Both the position numbers and the translations under genes were made by a program. The notes beneath the pieces were generated by a model. It was not told the DNA's origin, did not search any database, and saw nothing but the letters and a program-made list of their open reading frames with translations. This document shows, one piece after another, positions 14,399 through 32,249 of a stretch of DNA of 64,000 nt. Source of the stretch: Eledone cirrhosa (lineage: Eukaryota); assembly GCA_964016885.1 (NCBI GenBank), contig OZ024740.1, positions 95,418,001-95,482,000 on the forward strand. Direction: 5' to 3'. Each line of letters opens with the position of its first letter. Position 1 is the first letter of the stretch.

Positions 14399-16245
14399 TT
14401 GTTCTTTGAGACTTAGTCATTGATGTTATTTAACTGGAAAGTTTGTTGACATTAATATCAAGCCACTGCCAGCAGCCTCAGATATACAGGACGTATCGGA
14501 GGGTTATTGCTGTTCCCAGCAAGCATGCCTTTTGAAGTGTTCCAAAAAGCGGGGCGGGGCCAATTTTCTTTAACCATCCTTGGAAACTCTTTGAGATAGT
14601 ACCTAGTGCACCTATGACAATCGGGGCCACTTTGACTTCATGGCAATTCCAAATCCTTTTTAACCCCCACTTTAAGTCCTGGTGTCGGTTAATTTTCTCC
14701 CTCTCCTTCTCTTGCACTATTGTGTCGAATGGGCAGGCCACATCTACAATCAGGCACGATCTTTTTTCCTTGTCCACAACCACCAGGTCAGGTCTATTGT
14801 GTTCCAGTTTCTTGTCCGTCTGTATCCTAATATCCCACAGCATCTTCACCTGATCCTTTTATATCACCGACTCTGGCTTATGCTCATACCACTTCTCAGA
14901 ATGTGGTAAATTGTTTACTTTGCATAGGTGCCAGTGGATCTACCTGCCCTTCAAATCATGTCTCCAGCCTTTATAGTGATTATGGGTTGGTGTATACACT
15001 CGGATACAATGTGAGCCACAGTCTCAACTCTCTCTCCACATATCCTACACAGTGGACTGGCCTCTTCCTCCTTGTAAATATTGTATTTTAGCTACTTCGT
15101 TTTGAGGGCCTGCTCTTGCGCAGACATTAGCATTCCTTCTGTAGCCTTTTTAAGGTCTCCTTTTTCAACCAGTTTCATGTCTGTGGATCTCTAAATTCAG
15201 TTTTCTCAAAGAAGGCATTATGAAGGGATTTTTCATAAATGTTGCTCTTTCTCCTTGATGTTATTTCTGCCTTGGACATCCCCTGGTCTATTGTCCTCTC
15301 CTTCAGTACAATCCTGATCATTGGATTCCTACTATCAGTCACGTAATTGTGTAGGTTGTTTTTCTCCATCTGAACACAGTCCTCTATGCTGATAAGACCT
15401 CTTCCACCTTCAGATCTCCTTAAAAAGAGTCTATAGACATTACTCATCTTGTGTAACATGTTGTATATAGTCAATAGCTTCCTAGTCTTCCTATTCATTT
15501 CTTATGTTCAGCAACATTCCATCTCATAATTCCCGCACTGTACTTAATAATAGACAGAGCTCGGGAATTTACTGCACTTATGACATTCCTACTGTTCAGA
15601 TGTGATTTTAATACGCTCCTTATTCTCCGAATGTATTCAGATCTTATCAATTCCTTAATTTTTTTGTTCTTGATGTCATCAGCCTCTAGAACACCTAAAT
15701 GTTTGTATACTTAAGTGTCAATTTACTTTACCATCTCACCTGTTGGTACTTGGATTCCGTTGCTTCTGCTCAAATTACCCCTCCTCATCAGAAGGACACC
15801 ACAGTTATCAATACCAAATCACATACATATATCATTGCTGAAAATACGGACAGTGTCAACAAGCACGTCCAGCTCCTTCTCACTCTTCCCGAAGAGCTTA
15901 AGATCGTCCATGAAAAGGAGGTGATTGATGGTAAGCACTCCGTTTCCCAACTTGTATCCTGCTCTCACTTTTCGCAGTATAATGGTCTGGGGTATCAGGG
16001 CAAGGACAAACAACAGAGGGGCCAGACTATCTCCCTGGAAGATATCTCTCTTGATCTTCACGCCTCCCAATAATTCTCCAGCCGATGTTAACTCTGTTTT
16101 CCAGGACTTTATACTATTGCTCAACACTGTCTGATTTTATCTGCCGCCTTGAAGGTCACAAGGCTCTTAGCGATCCAAGAATGAGGCATCATGTCAAATG
16201 CCTTTTTCTAATCTATCCATCCAATGCCAAGACCAGTGTGTCTCC
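14399..16245 (-). mobile_element. Dong/R4-like non-LTR retrotransposon (RT + CCHC + restriction-like endonuclease), 5'-truncated
   Basis: FQGDSLAPLLF and HLLFMDDLKLF (RT); RRSEGGRGL; WDIRIQTDKKLEHNRPDL..IVDVACP..KI..QDL..PIVIGALGTI (RLE); (TAA)n at both ends. Confidence 0.9.
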
Positions 16246-16268
16246 ATTATTATTATTATTATTATTAT

Positions 16269-17210
16269 TGTTCTTTGCGTCTCAGTCATGGATGTTAGTT
16301 AACTGGAAAGTTTTTTTAAATGAATATCAAGCCATTACTTGCAACCTCAGATGTTCAGTACGTATCGGAGGGTTCTTACTGTTCCCAGCAAGCATGCCTT
16401 TTGAAGCGTTCCAAAATGCGTGCCGGGGTCAGTTTTCTTTAACCATCTTTGGAAACCTTTTGAGATAGTACCTAGTGCGCCTATGACAATCGGGACCACT
16501 TTGACTTCTTGGCAGTTCCAAATCCTTTTTACCTCCCACTTTAAGTCCTGGTATCGGTTAATTTCCTCCCTCTCCTTCTCTTGCACGATCGTGTCGAATG
16601 GGCAGGCCACATCCACAATCAGGCACGATTTTTTTTCTTTGTCCAAAAGCACCAGGTCAGGTCTATTGTGTTCCAGTTTCTTGTCCGTCTGTATCCTAAA
16701 ATCCCACAGCACCTTCACCTGATCGTTTTCTATCACCGACTCTGGCTTATGCTCATACCACTTCTCACAATGTGGTAAATTGTTTACTTTGCATAGGTGC
16801 CAGTGGATCTACCTGCCCATCACATCATGTCTCCAGCCCTTATAGTGAGTCTGGGCTAGGTGTTTACACTCGGATACAACGTGAGTCACAGTCTCCTCTC
16901 TCTCTCCACAGATCCTGCACAGTGGGCTAGCCTCCTCCTTGTAAATATGGTGTTTCAACCACTTCGTTTTGAGGGCCTGCTCTTGCGCAGCCATTAGCAT
17001 TCCTTCTGTAGCCTTTTTAAGGTCTCCACTTTTCAACCAGTTCCATGTCTGTGCATCTCTGAATTCAGCTTTCTCAAAGAAGGTACTATGAAGGGATTTT
17101 TCATGAAGGCTGCTCTTTCTCCTTGTTGTTATTTCCTCCCTGGACATCCCCTGGTTTATTATCTTCTAATTCAGTACAGTTCTTAACATTGGCTCCTTAC
17201 TATCAGTCAC

Positions 17211-17211
<1 letters not shown>
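16269..17211 (-). mobile_element. Second Dong/R4-like LINE copy, 5'-truncated
   Basis: CRICGEREETVTHVVSEC zinc knuckle; RLE domain ORF 16347-16736; (TAA)n at both ends. Confidence 0.9.
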
Positions 17212-17272
<61 letters not shown>

Positions 17273-17464
17273 ATTACTATTATTATATATATATATTTTT
17301 AACATGTTGTATTTATATATTTATATATATATTTATAACCAAGGAATTGTCGTAAGGAAACAGAAGGACCATAACGCACCAACGTACTCGATACTTAGTG
17401 TAGTAGAGTGGCTAATAGGAAGAAGTTGACCCTGACGGCGGAGCTCTTATATTGATATATATAT

Positions 17465-17503
<39 letters not shown>

Positions 17504-17547
17504 TATGTATATATATTTATATATATATATATATATATATAAGTATG

Positions 17548-17582
<35 letters not shown>

Positions 17583-17646
17583 CGTCTTACTCCAGTTGCA
17601 ACTTTTTTTGAAATATTCACTCCTGCGTTCACAGCTTGACTTTGTT

Positions 17647-17698
17647 AGTTTCAGAAGATCCCGTTAAGTGTGAAAGCACCCGATTCTTTGCTTAACCT
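17647..17698 (+). ncRNA. Degenerate hammerhead motif
   Basis: agttt-CAGAAGA-tcccgttaagtgt-GAAA-gca..tgc-TT-aacct; core U4 replaced by A. Confidence 0.5.
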
Positions 17699-17709
17699 TT
17701 AATCTGTTA

Positions 17710-21350
<3,641 letters not shown>

Positions 21351-21354
21351 AATA

Positions 21355-21477
<123 letters not shown>

Positions 21478-21488
21478 GTATATACATG

Positions 21489-21534
<46 letters not shown>

Positions 21535-21544
21535 TATATATATG

Positions 21545-22188
21545 GTTGCTGCCAACTCGTTTTCGAGTACGGCCTCTACTTTATATCTACGTAGGAGAAA
21601 CCCTACCGATGCGTTCAACTAGTGTGACTTTAAATCCACCCAGCGACTTGAAAACTCTGGTACAAACACTACACTTGTGACAATTATTGTCACATAGTGC
21701 TGGGCCCATGATACCATGTGGCAACAAGTGCAGGGTGATATCCGGATATAAAGCAATGCCGGTGCGGTGAAGCTTTTATAGTGAGCAAAGGCACTGCACA
21801 AAGCCAGTCCCATTCTCTTGACCAAGATTATATTTACCAAAAAGAAGAACAAGTCAATATCATTGGATACCATCAGGGTTGCAGGTGTTATATCTGAGTG
21901 TTCCTTCTCCTAGAATTCTGCCTTGACAAAGGCTGAGGGGTCATCTCTCCCGGTGATTTTGGATGGCAATTGACTCTTAAGAGGTCCTTTGCCATTTGAC
22001 CTGTTTTGTTTTTAGTCCTGCAGAATGTCCAAAGACACTCTCCTCACCAAGAAAATCTTGGTGGGGTTGACAGTTTAGTCGCCAACGACCCGCCCATGAG
22101 ACAGGTTGTACTGGGATACAAATATATATATACATACATATATATAGATATATATGTATATATGTATATATATGTATATATATGTATG

Positions 22189-22287
<99 letters not shown>

Positions 22288-22600
22288 CCAGCAATGCTTT
22301 TTGTGAAAATCAGTCATATGGAACAATTGTCATCTTGCCTGACGGTTTGAACTTTACAAAACCACCTGCCTCTTTGAGGTCAAATACCAAGCCTACTACC
22401 ATCTACAAAATGACCGATGAGAATCAAGACTATTCCTGCTCACAACATTAACTTATTCCTAACAAGATCATATGTCCCAAGGCTCTGATACCGTCAACAC
22501 TATAAACACAGAGGTGGCATATCTAAGAACTGATTAACTGCCTGATGAGGTCATAGCCTTTCAATGTCTATCATCTAAATATATATAGCAGGAAATAAAG
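21545..22600. mobile_element. Degenerate PLE fragments split by (TA)n; degenerate HHR 22537-22591 (+)
   Basis: LYIYVGET motif; actgc-CTGATGA-..-TAAA-tatata-TA-gcag homologous to 7004-7058. Confidence 0.45.
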
Positions 22601-22634
22601 GGATACTGAGTTCATGCAATTGACTTATGTTTCG

Positions 22635-22711
<77 letters not shown>

Positions 22712-22736
22712 TATTTATATATATATATATATAGAT

Positions 22737-22854
<118 letters not shown>

Positions 22855-23203
22855 GTAATACGGCCGGAAATGTCCGGGAAATAAGAGTGCTCTAAGTAGG
22901 TTACAGAGCTTAATAGTTATGTAGTAAACAACATAAGATAATTATTACATTTCCAGTAGTTTCTTGAAAGCAAAATGTGCTTTCAGTAATCAGAATGAAA
23001 AAATCCTGCTGTAATTATTGACAGTGGATTTTAAAAACAAAAATATTATCTATATGAAAGTGAGATGGAAAAGGAAGAAGGAAAGGAAGCAGAATAAATA
23101 TAAAAGTAGATAAACACACATGTACACACACACACACACACACAAACACACGCATATACATATATACATACACACATATATACATATATAAATATATATA
23201 TAC

Positions 23204-23235
<32 letters not shown>

Positions 23236-23285
23236 ATATAAGTATATATATATATATATATATACATACACACATATATACATAT

Positions 23286-23384
<99 letters not shown>

Positions 23385-23423
23385 CATATCCATACATACA
23401 CATACACACAAACACACATGTAT

Positions 23424-23516
<93 letters not shown>

Positions 23517-23518
<2 letters not shown>

Positions 23519-24004
23519 CAGACCTAGAAAAACCTGGGATGAGCTGATAAACTCTGACCTCACACACTTACACCTCTCCAAGACAATGTCACTGTACCGA
23601 GACCTTTGGCGGTACTCAGTAACAGAGAAGACCCAGTAGGCATCTCTAACAAAATACACCCCGTCCCGCCACCACCCCCACCCCATCCACACCACCCCGT
23701 TCTATGTAAAGTTATGTTGGTGCCGCGCCATCCAGGCCGAAACAAATGAGATCGTGTAGGTGTCACGACAAAAAAACACACAGTCCACGCTGTAACGTGG
23801 CCGTGTAGGCAACACGGTAAGAACCTTCCAGACCCACACTGTAAGTGTGGTTGGTGTTAGGAAGGGCATCCAACTGTAGAAAACCTGCCAGACAGTCCTA
23901 TGCGAGCAAGACAATCACTCTTGCCTCAAGTGGGACTACCCCCGTCCAAACCCATGCAAGCATGGAACACGGACGTTAGACGTTGATGATGATGATGATG
24001 ATGA

Positions 24005-24008
<4 letters not shown>
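23517..24008 (+). mobile_element. RTE-type LINE 3' fragment plus SINE-like tail ending in (GAT)n
   Basis: [21 protein letters not shown]-terminal motif; gttaggaagggcatcc..ccatgcaagcatgga..ggacgtt-(gat)n tail recalled from octopus repeats. Confidence 0.65.
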
Positions 24009-24059
<51 letters not shown>

Positions 24060-24207
24060 TACTTTGGGAGGGTCATGTTGCCAATAAGAAACACACGCAC
24101 CAGTGCTTTCACTTCAATTTATTATATATTTATAAATTTACAAATTTATAAATTTATAAATTTCTGGTTGGTTGGTTGGTTCCACAACCAGATAGTTGTT
24201 TATATAT

Positions 24208-24252
24208 AGTCATAGTCCTTTCGTCACACACTCTGTGACCTCTTCAGTGACT
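24208..24252 (-). ncRNA. Minimal type I hammerhead ribozyme
   Basis: agtca-CTGAAGA-g-gtcaca/tgtgac-GAAA-ggac-TA-tgact. Confidence 0.8.
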
Positions 24253-27200
24253 GGGGATTCCTTCCTTTGTTTCTGTGCCTCTCCTTTGTTCTGTCCTACG
24301 CCATTTTGTTTCTGTGTGTGTGTTGTGTGCTCGGTTTGCGCATGCGCCACATCCGGGTGTCTGTGTGTCTTTATGTTCATTTATCTATTTGTTTATTTAT
24401 TTATTTATTTACATGTTATTGGTTGGTTGTTTGTTCTATGTGTGTGTGTGTTTTCATTTTGTCCTTAATTGTAAGTTGTGATGTTGCTGTTCCACTCATA
24501 TTTTCTATTTAATTTTGGTTGTAATTCTTTTATGTTTATTGCCTCTGTAATTTGTCTAAACATTGCATCTTTTCTGTGTGTAGATTCTATTTTTTTTCTA
24601 TGTTCTCTAATTTAACATTGTGTTCTATCTTAGCATGTTGGTAGAGTACAGATGATTCTTTATTACCTTGAAAGTCTCGCCAGTGTTCATTTATCAGTTC
24701 CCCTATACTACGAGATGTCTCACCTATGTACACTATATTTTTGTTTCTACATTGTCCTTCAGTACATCTTATGCTATACAATACATTTCTAGTTTTACAG
24801 TTAATATGGGGGCTTATTTTACAGGTTATACATTTCTTATCTATACATGAGGGTCTTTGAAAAGGGTATGTCTTGCTAATAAGTGTTTTTACAGAGGTAC
24901 CTGGTCTTTCTACTATCTTAATATTGAGTTTATGTTTATTTAGGTCCCTTCTAAATGTGTAGGCTAGTTCGCCTCTAGGGGTTGTATCGATGAACATTAC
25001 ACTCTGGTATTTATTGCTATCATACCATGAGTTTATTCTATTAGCCTTGTTCCTAGTTCTTTCTATTCTATTCCAAAATGCGCTCCTATACAAGGGGCAG
25101 GTCCCATTTATGTCATTATTTACCATTTTTTCACATTTGGTTCTGGCTCCTCTATACACTCTGATTCTATCTCTCTGATTGTAGCCAGAGAACTGCATAC
25201 GGTAGATGAAGTGTTGTATGTGTCTCTCTAGTTCTTCGGGGTTGCACATGCGGGACACATTTCTCATCACCCGTACCAAATCCGCAATCAGTATGTTGAT
25301 TTTGGTATGGTCCGAAATGGCCGAGTTTCGGTGGATCAGATGTTTGGAAGTCATGGGTTTGGCATAATGGGAATGGAGGATTTGTTTTTAATGGTATCTA
25401 ACCAGAGCTCTGTGTCTAGTACAGGTAATCGATGGTTGGGGTGTCTACTTGGGTAGTCTATAGTAACTCTAATGCTCTGGTGGATGGGGTTTGCTATTTG
25501 CTGGATGCTTTCGATTGTGTTTTTCTCTAGTTACTGACAGTTCTCTAGTGATGGTGTCTTAACTACGATGTGTATATCATCTGCGTAGCGGGAGTACATT
25601 ATCAGTGTTAAGCTGTCTTCTAATTGTTCTTTAAGTTTAAGTTTAAGTCTACTGTCCCACCATACCATGAATAAGTTAGCTATGTCGCCTGCAATGCTAA
25701 CACCAATGGCTGCTCCTTCCTCTTGGGCATATGTTTTTCCATTAAATTTGAACATAAGTTCCTTAAGGGTTCGTTTTATGCTGGCCCCTACCGCATGTGC
25801 AATCATTTTCTTCAGTTCATCGTGGATTTCGGGTGTCCATATGGGCTCTGGTCCACCCGTTCCATCTATCTGTGTGGGTTTTCTTGGCCATTGAGGAAAT
25901 GGTAGGTGGTCTGCCTCTTGCTGGTCTAGTAGGGCACAGGTTGCTAAGGTCATATGTGTCTAGGTAACTATTACTATAGGTAAGCTTAAGTAGAAGTCCC
26001 AGCTCACTGGTATCAATCCCACGGAAGTCAACCTTGCTCTCACTGATCATTTCTACGCATTTCTCCACAGCAAAATCCACGTCAATAGATGGATACAGGG
26101 ACACAACATCCATACTGCCTATTATGCAGTTTGTTAGGTCCCCAGATCGGTTACTCACGCCGATTCTGCTGAGGAGGTCCTCCGTGCTGTCACATACATC
26201 TGGGGACATTTCAATGATGGGGCGTATGATCAGGGAGAGGAAGTAGGACAGTCTGTAGTTACTAGCAATGTTGCAATGTTAGCCCCACAGACTGGCCGTT
26301 TTGGTGGTCCCGCGACATTTTATGGTCTTTTCGAAGCCCATACAACGCCGGCACGTCATTGTTCCAGGCCTGGAAGTTGTTGGCAGTCCTTTTGTTGGGC
26401 TGCATTATATTCGTCCACATCACCATATGGGCATTGAGGGCTTTTTCTCTATCCTCATGCTCCTGTGGTGTTACGTCTTTTGTGTTAGTGATGTGGGGTT
26501 GCATTGCCTGGATGTAGTTTGGCAGGCTGTCATCGACATTCTGCCAGAGTTGTCTGTTGGAAAGCATGCTATCTCTCCATTACGTGAGCGCTGCATGAGC
26601 TTACGCAAGCCATTTGCAGATTTTTCTTCCAGTTGCTGGGCCTCCATTCCATTATGCTTCTTGCTATACTGTTCTATAATATTTCTAAGTTCGGATCTAG
26701 CTATACTAAATTGTGCTTCTGTTTGTTCATCGACCTGCGACGGCAATTGCGTGCGTTTGTTAAATGGTAGAGTCGTGGCGTTGACTCGTCGCATGTCGAA
26801 TGATTTATCGGAGGGATTATAAAACGGAGAGTTCCAGGCTGCTGCTTTATGTGTACTAGTGCTATTGTTATTGTTAGTTGTGTTGTTTCTATTTCTATTT
26901 CCACCAACAGCCTCATGGTTGTTTCTATGTCTCTCATAATTACTCCTGTCTCTTTCCACTGGCTCATTGTTGTTATCTACCCTATTTTGTGTGTCTGTGT
27001 GTTCGTCTTGGTTATTCTCTTTGTCCTTAGTCTCCCTACTCCTTTTAATCCTATTACTTTCCCTTATCTCTGTGATTTCTGTGCTACTGTCATTACTTGT
27101 TTTCTGTGTCTGTGTGTTTGTTAAGATTGTGGTGGTGCTGAGAGGCATTGAATGCGTGTGTGTTGTTGTTGTTGATGTGCGCTGTTGTTGATGTGTGTTG

Positions 27201-28287
27201 TTGTTGTCTCCGTGTGTGTTATTGTTGTTGTGTGTGTTGTTATTGTTGTTTGTGTCTGCGTGCCTGTTGCTGTTGTTTCTGGGTATGTTGTTATTGTTGT
27301 TGTTGTTGATGTGTGTGTTGTTGTTATTGTTGTTTGTGTCTGTGTGTCTGTTGTTGTTGGGATATGTGTTGTATATGTTTGTGCGTATATTGTTGCTTTT
27401 GTTTTTGTTTTTGTTTTTGATGCACCAGCGTAGTTTTGTAAATGATTTTTTCTATTTCTGACAGACAACTAATCATATTTACCTTCTTGAATGTCGCAAA
27501 TTTCGGGGGCAAACACAACACAGACATCTCGTCATTATCTATTCTTGCGTTCCCATATATATTGGTGTTTTTGTTGTTGAACTCTTCTGTTAATGAGGTG
27601 TCGGCCATGTTTATACCGTCAATTTTGTCGGGATATCTATTGGTATTCTCTATAGTATCCTGATTTATCTTTATCTGTTCAAGCCACTTTAGTTTCCTGT
27701 TAAAGTGCTTACCACATTCTTGAGTAATGTACTGTTGTTCAGGGCGTATAAGGCTTATAAATATTAGTTTCTTTCTTGGTGTGGTGATCCTAGCTATTTC
27801 TTGTATTAGGTTACGCTTTTGTTTTTCTTGATGACTTAATTCTCTATAGATCTTCTTTTTTATGTTTAGAATTAATGTTCGTTTCAGCCTATCTGCTTGT
27901 TTTTTGGTGAGTTGTAATCTTCTAACATCGGTATTGATGGTGTTGGTGTAGATTCTGGATGAGGCACACTGCTTTATGAAGTGTAGTTGTCGAGATTTTA
28001 TGGTTTTTCGTAGACAACAGAACATGGTGGTTTTCAGTATCTTGTTAGCCTGGCTAAGGCTTACGATATTTCGTATCTGAATTTGTTTAGCAAGATACTT
28101 TATCTGAAATCGTGTGTTGAAACCGATATTGTTATACTTTGGGAGGCTCATGTAGTCAATAAGAAACACACGCACCAGTTGCTTTCACTTCAATTTATTA
28201 TATATTTATAAATTTACAAAGTTATAAATTCATAAATTTCTGGTTGGTTGGTTGGTTGGTTCCACAACCAGATAGTTGTTTATATAT

Positions 28288-28332
28288 AGTCATAGTCCTT
28301 TCGTCACACACTATGTGACTTCTTCAGTGACT
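28288..28332 (-). ncRNA. Minimal type I hammerhead ribozyme, ~110 nt upstream of the PLE ORF start
   Basis: agtca-CTGAAGA-a-gtcaca/tgtgac-GAAA-ggac-TA-tgact. Confidence 0.8.
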
Positions 28333-29470
28333 GGGGATTCCTTTCTTTGTTTCTGTGCCTCTGCTTTGTTCTGTCCTACGCCATTTTGTTTCTGTGTGTG
28401 TGTTGTGTGCTCAGTTTGCGCATGCGCCACATCCGGGTGTCTGTGTGTCTTTATGTTCATTTATCTATTTGTTTATTTATTTATTTATTTACATGTTATT
28501 GGTTGGTTGTTTGTTTTATGTGTGTGTGTGTTTTCATTTTGTCCTTAATTGTAAGTTGTGATGTTGCTGTTCCACTCATATTTTCGATTTAATTTTGGTT
28601 CTAATTCTTTTATGTTTATTGCCTCTGTAATTTGTCTAAACATTGCATCTTTTCTGTGTGTAGATTCTATTTTTATTTCTATGTTCTCTAATTTACCCTT
28701 GTGTTCTATCTTAGCATGTTGGTAGAGTACAGATGATTCTTTATTATCTTGAAGGTCTCGCCAGTGTTCATTTATCCGTTCCCCTATACTACGAGCTGTC
28801 TCACCTATGTACACTATATTTTTGTTTCTACATTGTCCTTCAGTACATCTTATTCTATACACTACATTTCTAGTTTTACAGTTAATATGGGGGCTTATTT
28901 TACAGGTTATACATTTCTTATCTATACATGAGGGTCTTTGAAAAGGGTATGTCTTGCTAATAAGTGTTTTTACGGAGGTACCTGGTCTTTCTACTATCTT
29001 AATATTGAGTTTATGTTTATTTAGGGCCCTTCTAAATTTGTAGGCTAGTTCGCCTCTAGGGGTTGTATCGATGAACATTACACTCTGGTATTTATTGCTA
29101 TCATACCATGAGTTTATTCTATTAGCCTTGTTCCTAGTTCTTTCTATTCTATTCCAAAATTTGCTCCTATACATGGGACAGGTCCCATTTATGTCAATAT
29201 TTACCATTTTTTCCCATTTGGTGCTGGCTCCTCTATACACTCTGATTCTATCTCTCTGATTGTAGCCAGAGAACTGCATACGGTGGATGAAGTGTTGTAT
29301 GTGTCTCTCTAGTTCTTCGGGGTTGCACATGCGGGACACATTTCTCATCACCCGTACCAAATCCGCAATCAGTATGTTGATTTTGGTATGATCCGAAATG
29401 GCCGAGTTTCGGTGGATCAGATGTTTGGAAGTCATGGGTTTGGCATAATGGGAATGGAGGATTTGTTTTT

Positions 29471-32249
29471 ACCATTTAACAAACGCACGCAATTGCCGTC
29501 GCAGGTCGATGAACAAACAGAAGCACAATTTAGTATAGCTACATCCGAACTTAGAAATATTATAGAACAGTATAGCAAGAAGCATAATAAAATGGAGGCC
29601 CAGCAACTGGGAGAAAAATCTGCAAATGGCTTGCATATGCTCATGCAGCGCTCACGTAATGGAGAGATAGCATGCTTTCCAACAGATAAGTCTGGCAGAA
29701 TGTCGGTTGCCAGCCTGCCAAACTACATCCTGGCAATGCAACCCCACATCACTAACACAAAAGACGTAACACCACAGGAGCATGAGGATAGAGAAAAATC
29801 CCTCAATGCCCATATGGTGATGTGGACGAATATAATGCAGCCCAACAAAAGGACTGCCAACAACTTCGAGGCCTGGAACAATGACATGCCGGCGTTGTAG
29901 TGGCTTCGAAAAGACCATAAAATGGGCTGTGACCCTGTCGCGGGACCACCAACACGGCCAGTCTGTGGGGCTAACATTGCAACATTGCTAGTAACTACAT
30001 ACTGTCGTACTTCCTTTCCCTGATCATACGCCCCATCATTGAAATGTACCCAGATGTATGTGACAGCACGGAGGACCTGCTCAGCAGAATCGGCGTGAGT
30101 AACCGATCTGGGGACCTAATAAACTGCATAATAGGCAGTATGGATGTTGTGTCCCTGTATCCATCTATTGACGTGGATTTTGCTGTGGAGAAATGCGTAG
30201 AAATGATCAGTGAGAGCAATGTTGACTTCCGTGGGATTGATACCAGTGAGCTGGGACTTCTACTTAAGCTTACCTATAGTAATAGTTACCTAGACACATA
30301 TGACCTTAGCGACCTGTGCCCTACTAGACCACAAGAGGCAGACCACCTACCATTACCTCAATGGCCAAGAAAACCCACACAGATAGATGGAACGGGTGGA
30401 CAAGAGCCATACGGACACCCGAAAACCACGATGAACTGAAGAAAATGATTGCACATGCGGTAGGGGCCAGCATAAAACTGTCCCTTAAGGAACATATATT
30501 CAAATTTAATGGAAAAACATATGCCCAAGAGGAAGGAGCAGCCATTGGTGTTAGCATTGCAGGCGACATAGCTAACATATTCATGGTATGGTGAGACTTA
30601 AACTTAAACTTAAAGAACAATTAGAAGACAGCTTAACCCTGATAATGTACTCCCGCTACGTAGATGATATAAACATCGTAGTTAAGACACCCCCACTAGA
30701 GAACAGCCAGGAACTAGAGAAAAACACAATGGAAAGCATCCAGCAAATAGAAAACTCCATCCACCAGAGCATTAGAGTTACTATAGACTACCCAAGTAGA
30801 CACCCCAACCATCGATTACCTGTACTAGACACAGATCTCTGGTTAGATACCATTAAAAACAAATCCTCCATTCCCATTATGCCAAACCCATGACTTCCAA
30901 ACATCTGATCCACCGAAACTCGGCCATTTCGGACCATACCAAAATCAACATACTGATTGCGGATTTGGTACGGGTGATGAGAAATGTGTCCCGCATGTGC
31001 AACCCCGAAGAACTAGAGAGACACATAAAACACTTCATCCACCGTATTCAGTTCTCTGGCTACAATCAGAGAGATAGAATCAGAGTGTATAGAGGAGCCA
31101 GAACCAAATAGGAAAAAATGGTAAATAATGACATAAATGGGACCTGCCCCTTGTATAGGAGCGCATTTTGGAATAGAATAGAAAGAACTAGGAACAAGGC
31201 TAATAGAATAAACTCATGGTATGATAGCAATACATACCAGAGTGTAATGTTCATCGATACAACCCCTAGAGGCGAACTAGCCTACAAATTTAGAAGGGCC
31301 CTAAAGAAACATAAACTCAATATTAAGATAGTAGAAAGACCGGGTACCTCCGTAAAAACACTTATTAGCAAGACATACCCTTTTCAAAGACCCTCATGTA
31401 TAGATAAGAAATGTATAACCTGTAAAATAAGCCCCCATATTAACTGTAAAACTAGAAATGTAGTGTATAGCATAAGATGTACTGAAGGACAATGTAGAAA
31501 CAAAAATATAGTGTACATAGGTGAGACAGCTCGTAGTATAGGGGAACGGATAAATGAACACTGGCGAGACCTTCAAGATAATAAAGAATCATCTGTACTC
31601 TAACAACATGCTAAGATAGAACACAAGGGTTAATTAGAGACCATAGAAATAAAAATAGAATCTACACACAGAAAAGATGCAATGTTTAGACAAATTACAG
31701 AGGCAATAAACATAAAAGAATTACAACCAAAATTAAATAGAAAATATGAGTGGAACAGCAACATCACAACTTACAATTAAGGACAAAATGAAAACACACA
31801 CACACATAGAACAAACAACCAACCAATAACATGTAAATAAATAAATAAATAAACAAATATATAAATGAATATAAACACACACAGACACCCGAATGTGGCG
31901 CATGCGCAAACTGAGCACACAACACACACACAGAAACAAAATGGCGTAGGACAGAACAAAGGAGAGGCACAGAAACAAAGAAAGGAATCCCCAGTCACTG
32001 AAGAGGTCACAGAGTGTGTGACGAAAGGACTATGACTATATATAAACAACTATCTGGTTGTGGAACCAACCAACCAACCAGAAATTTATAAATTTATAAA
32101 TTTGTAAATTTATAAATATATAATAAATTGAAGTGAAAGCATCTGGTGCGTGTGTTTCTTATTGGCAACATGACCCTCCCAAAGTATAAGAATATCGGTT
32201 TCAACACACGATTTCAGATAAAGAATCTTGCTAAACAAATTCAGAAACG

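Larger units (their letters stand above)
24055..29470 (-). mobile_element. Near full-length Penelope-like element (family 2) with partial tandem 5' copy (pLTR 28130-29470)
   Basis: ORF pieces 27324-28175 (N-terminus), 26471-27148, 25817-26209 (SMDVVSLYPSI), 25531-25953 (GAAIGVSIAGDIANLFM, YSRYADD), 24587-25354 and 28545-29435 (CKTRNVVY..YIGETARS GIY-YIG); 24055-25390 directly repeated at 28133-29470. Confidence 0.95.

Noticed and set aside
29388-29900. 170-aa ORF as a novel protein
   Set aside because: Chimera spanning the inversion junction: antisense sequence fused to a PLE pre-RT fragment
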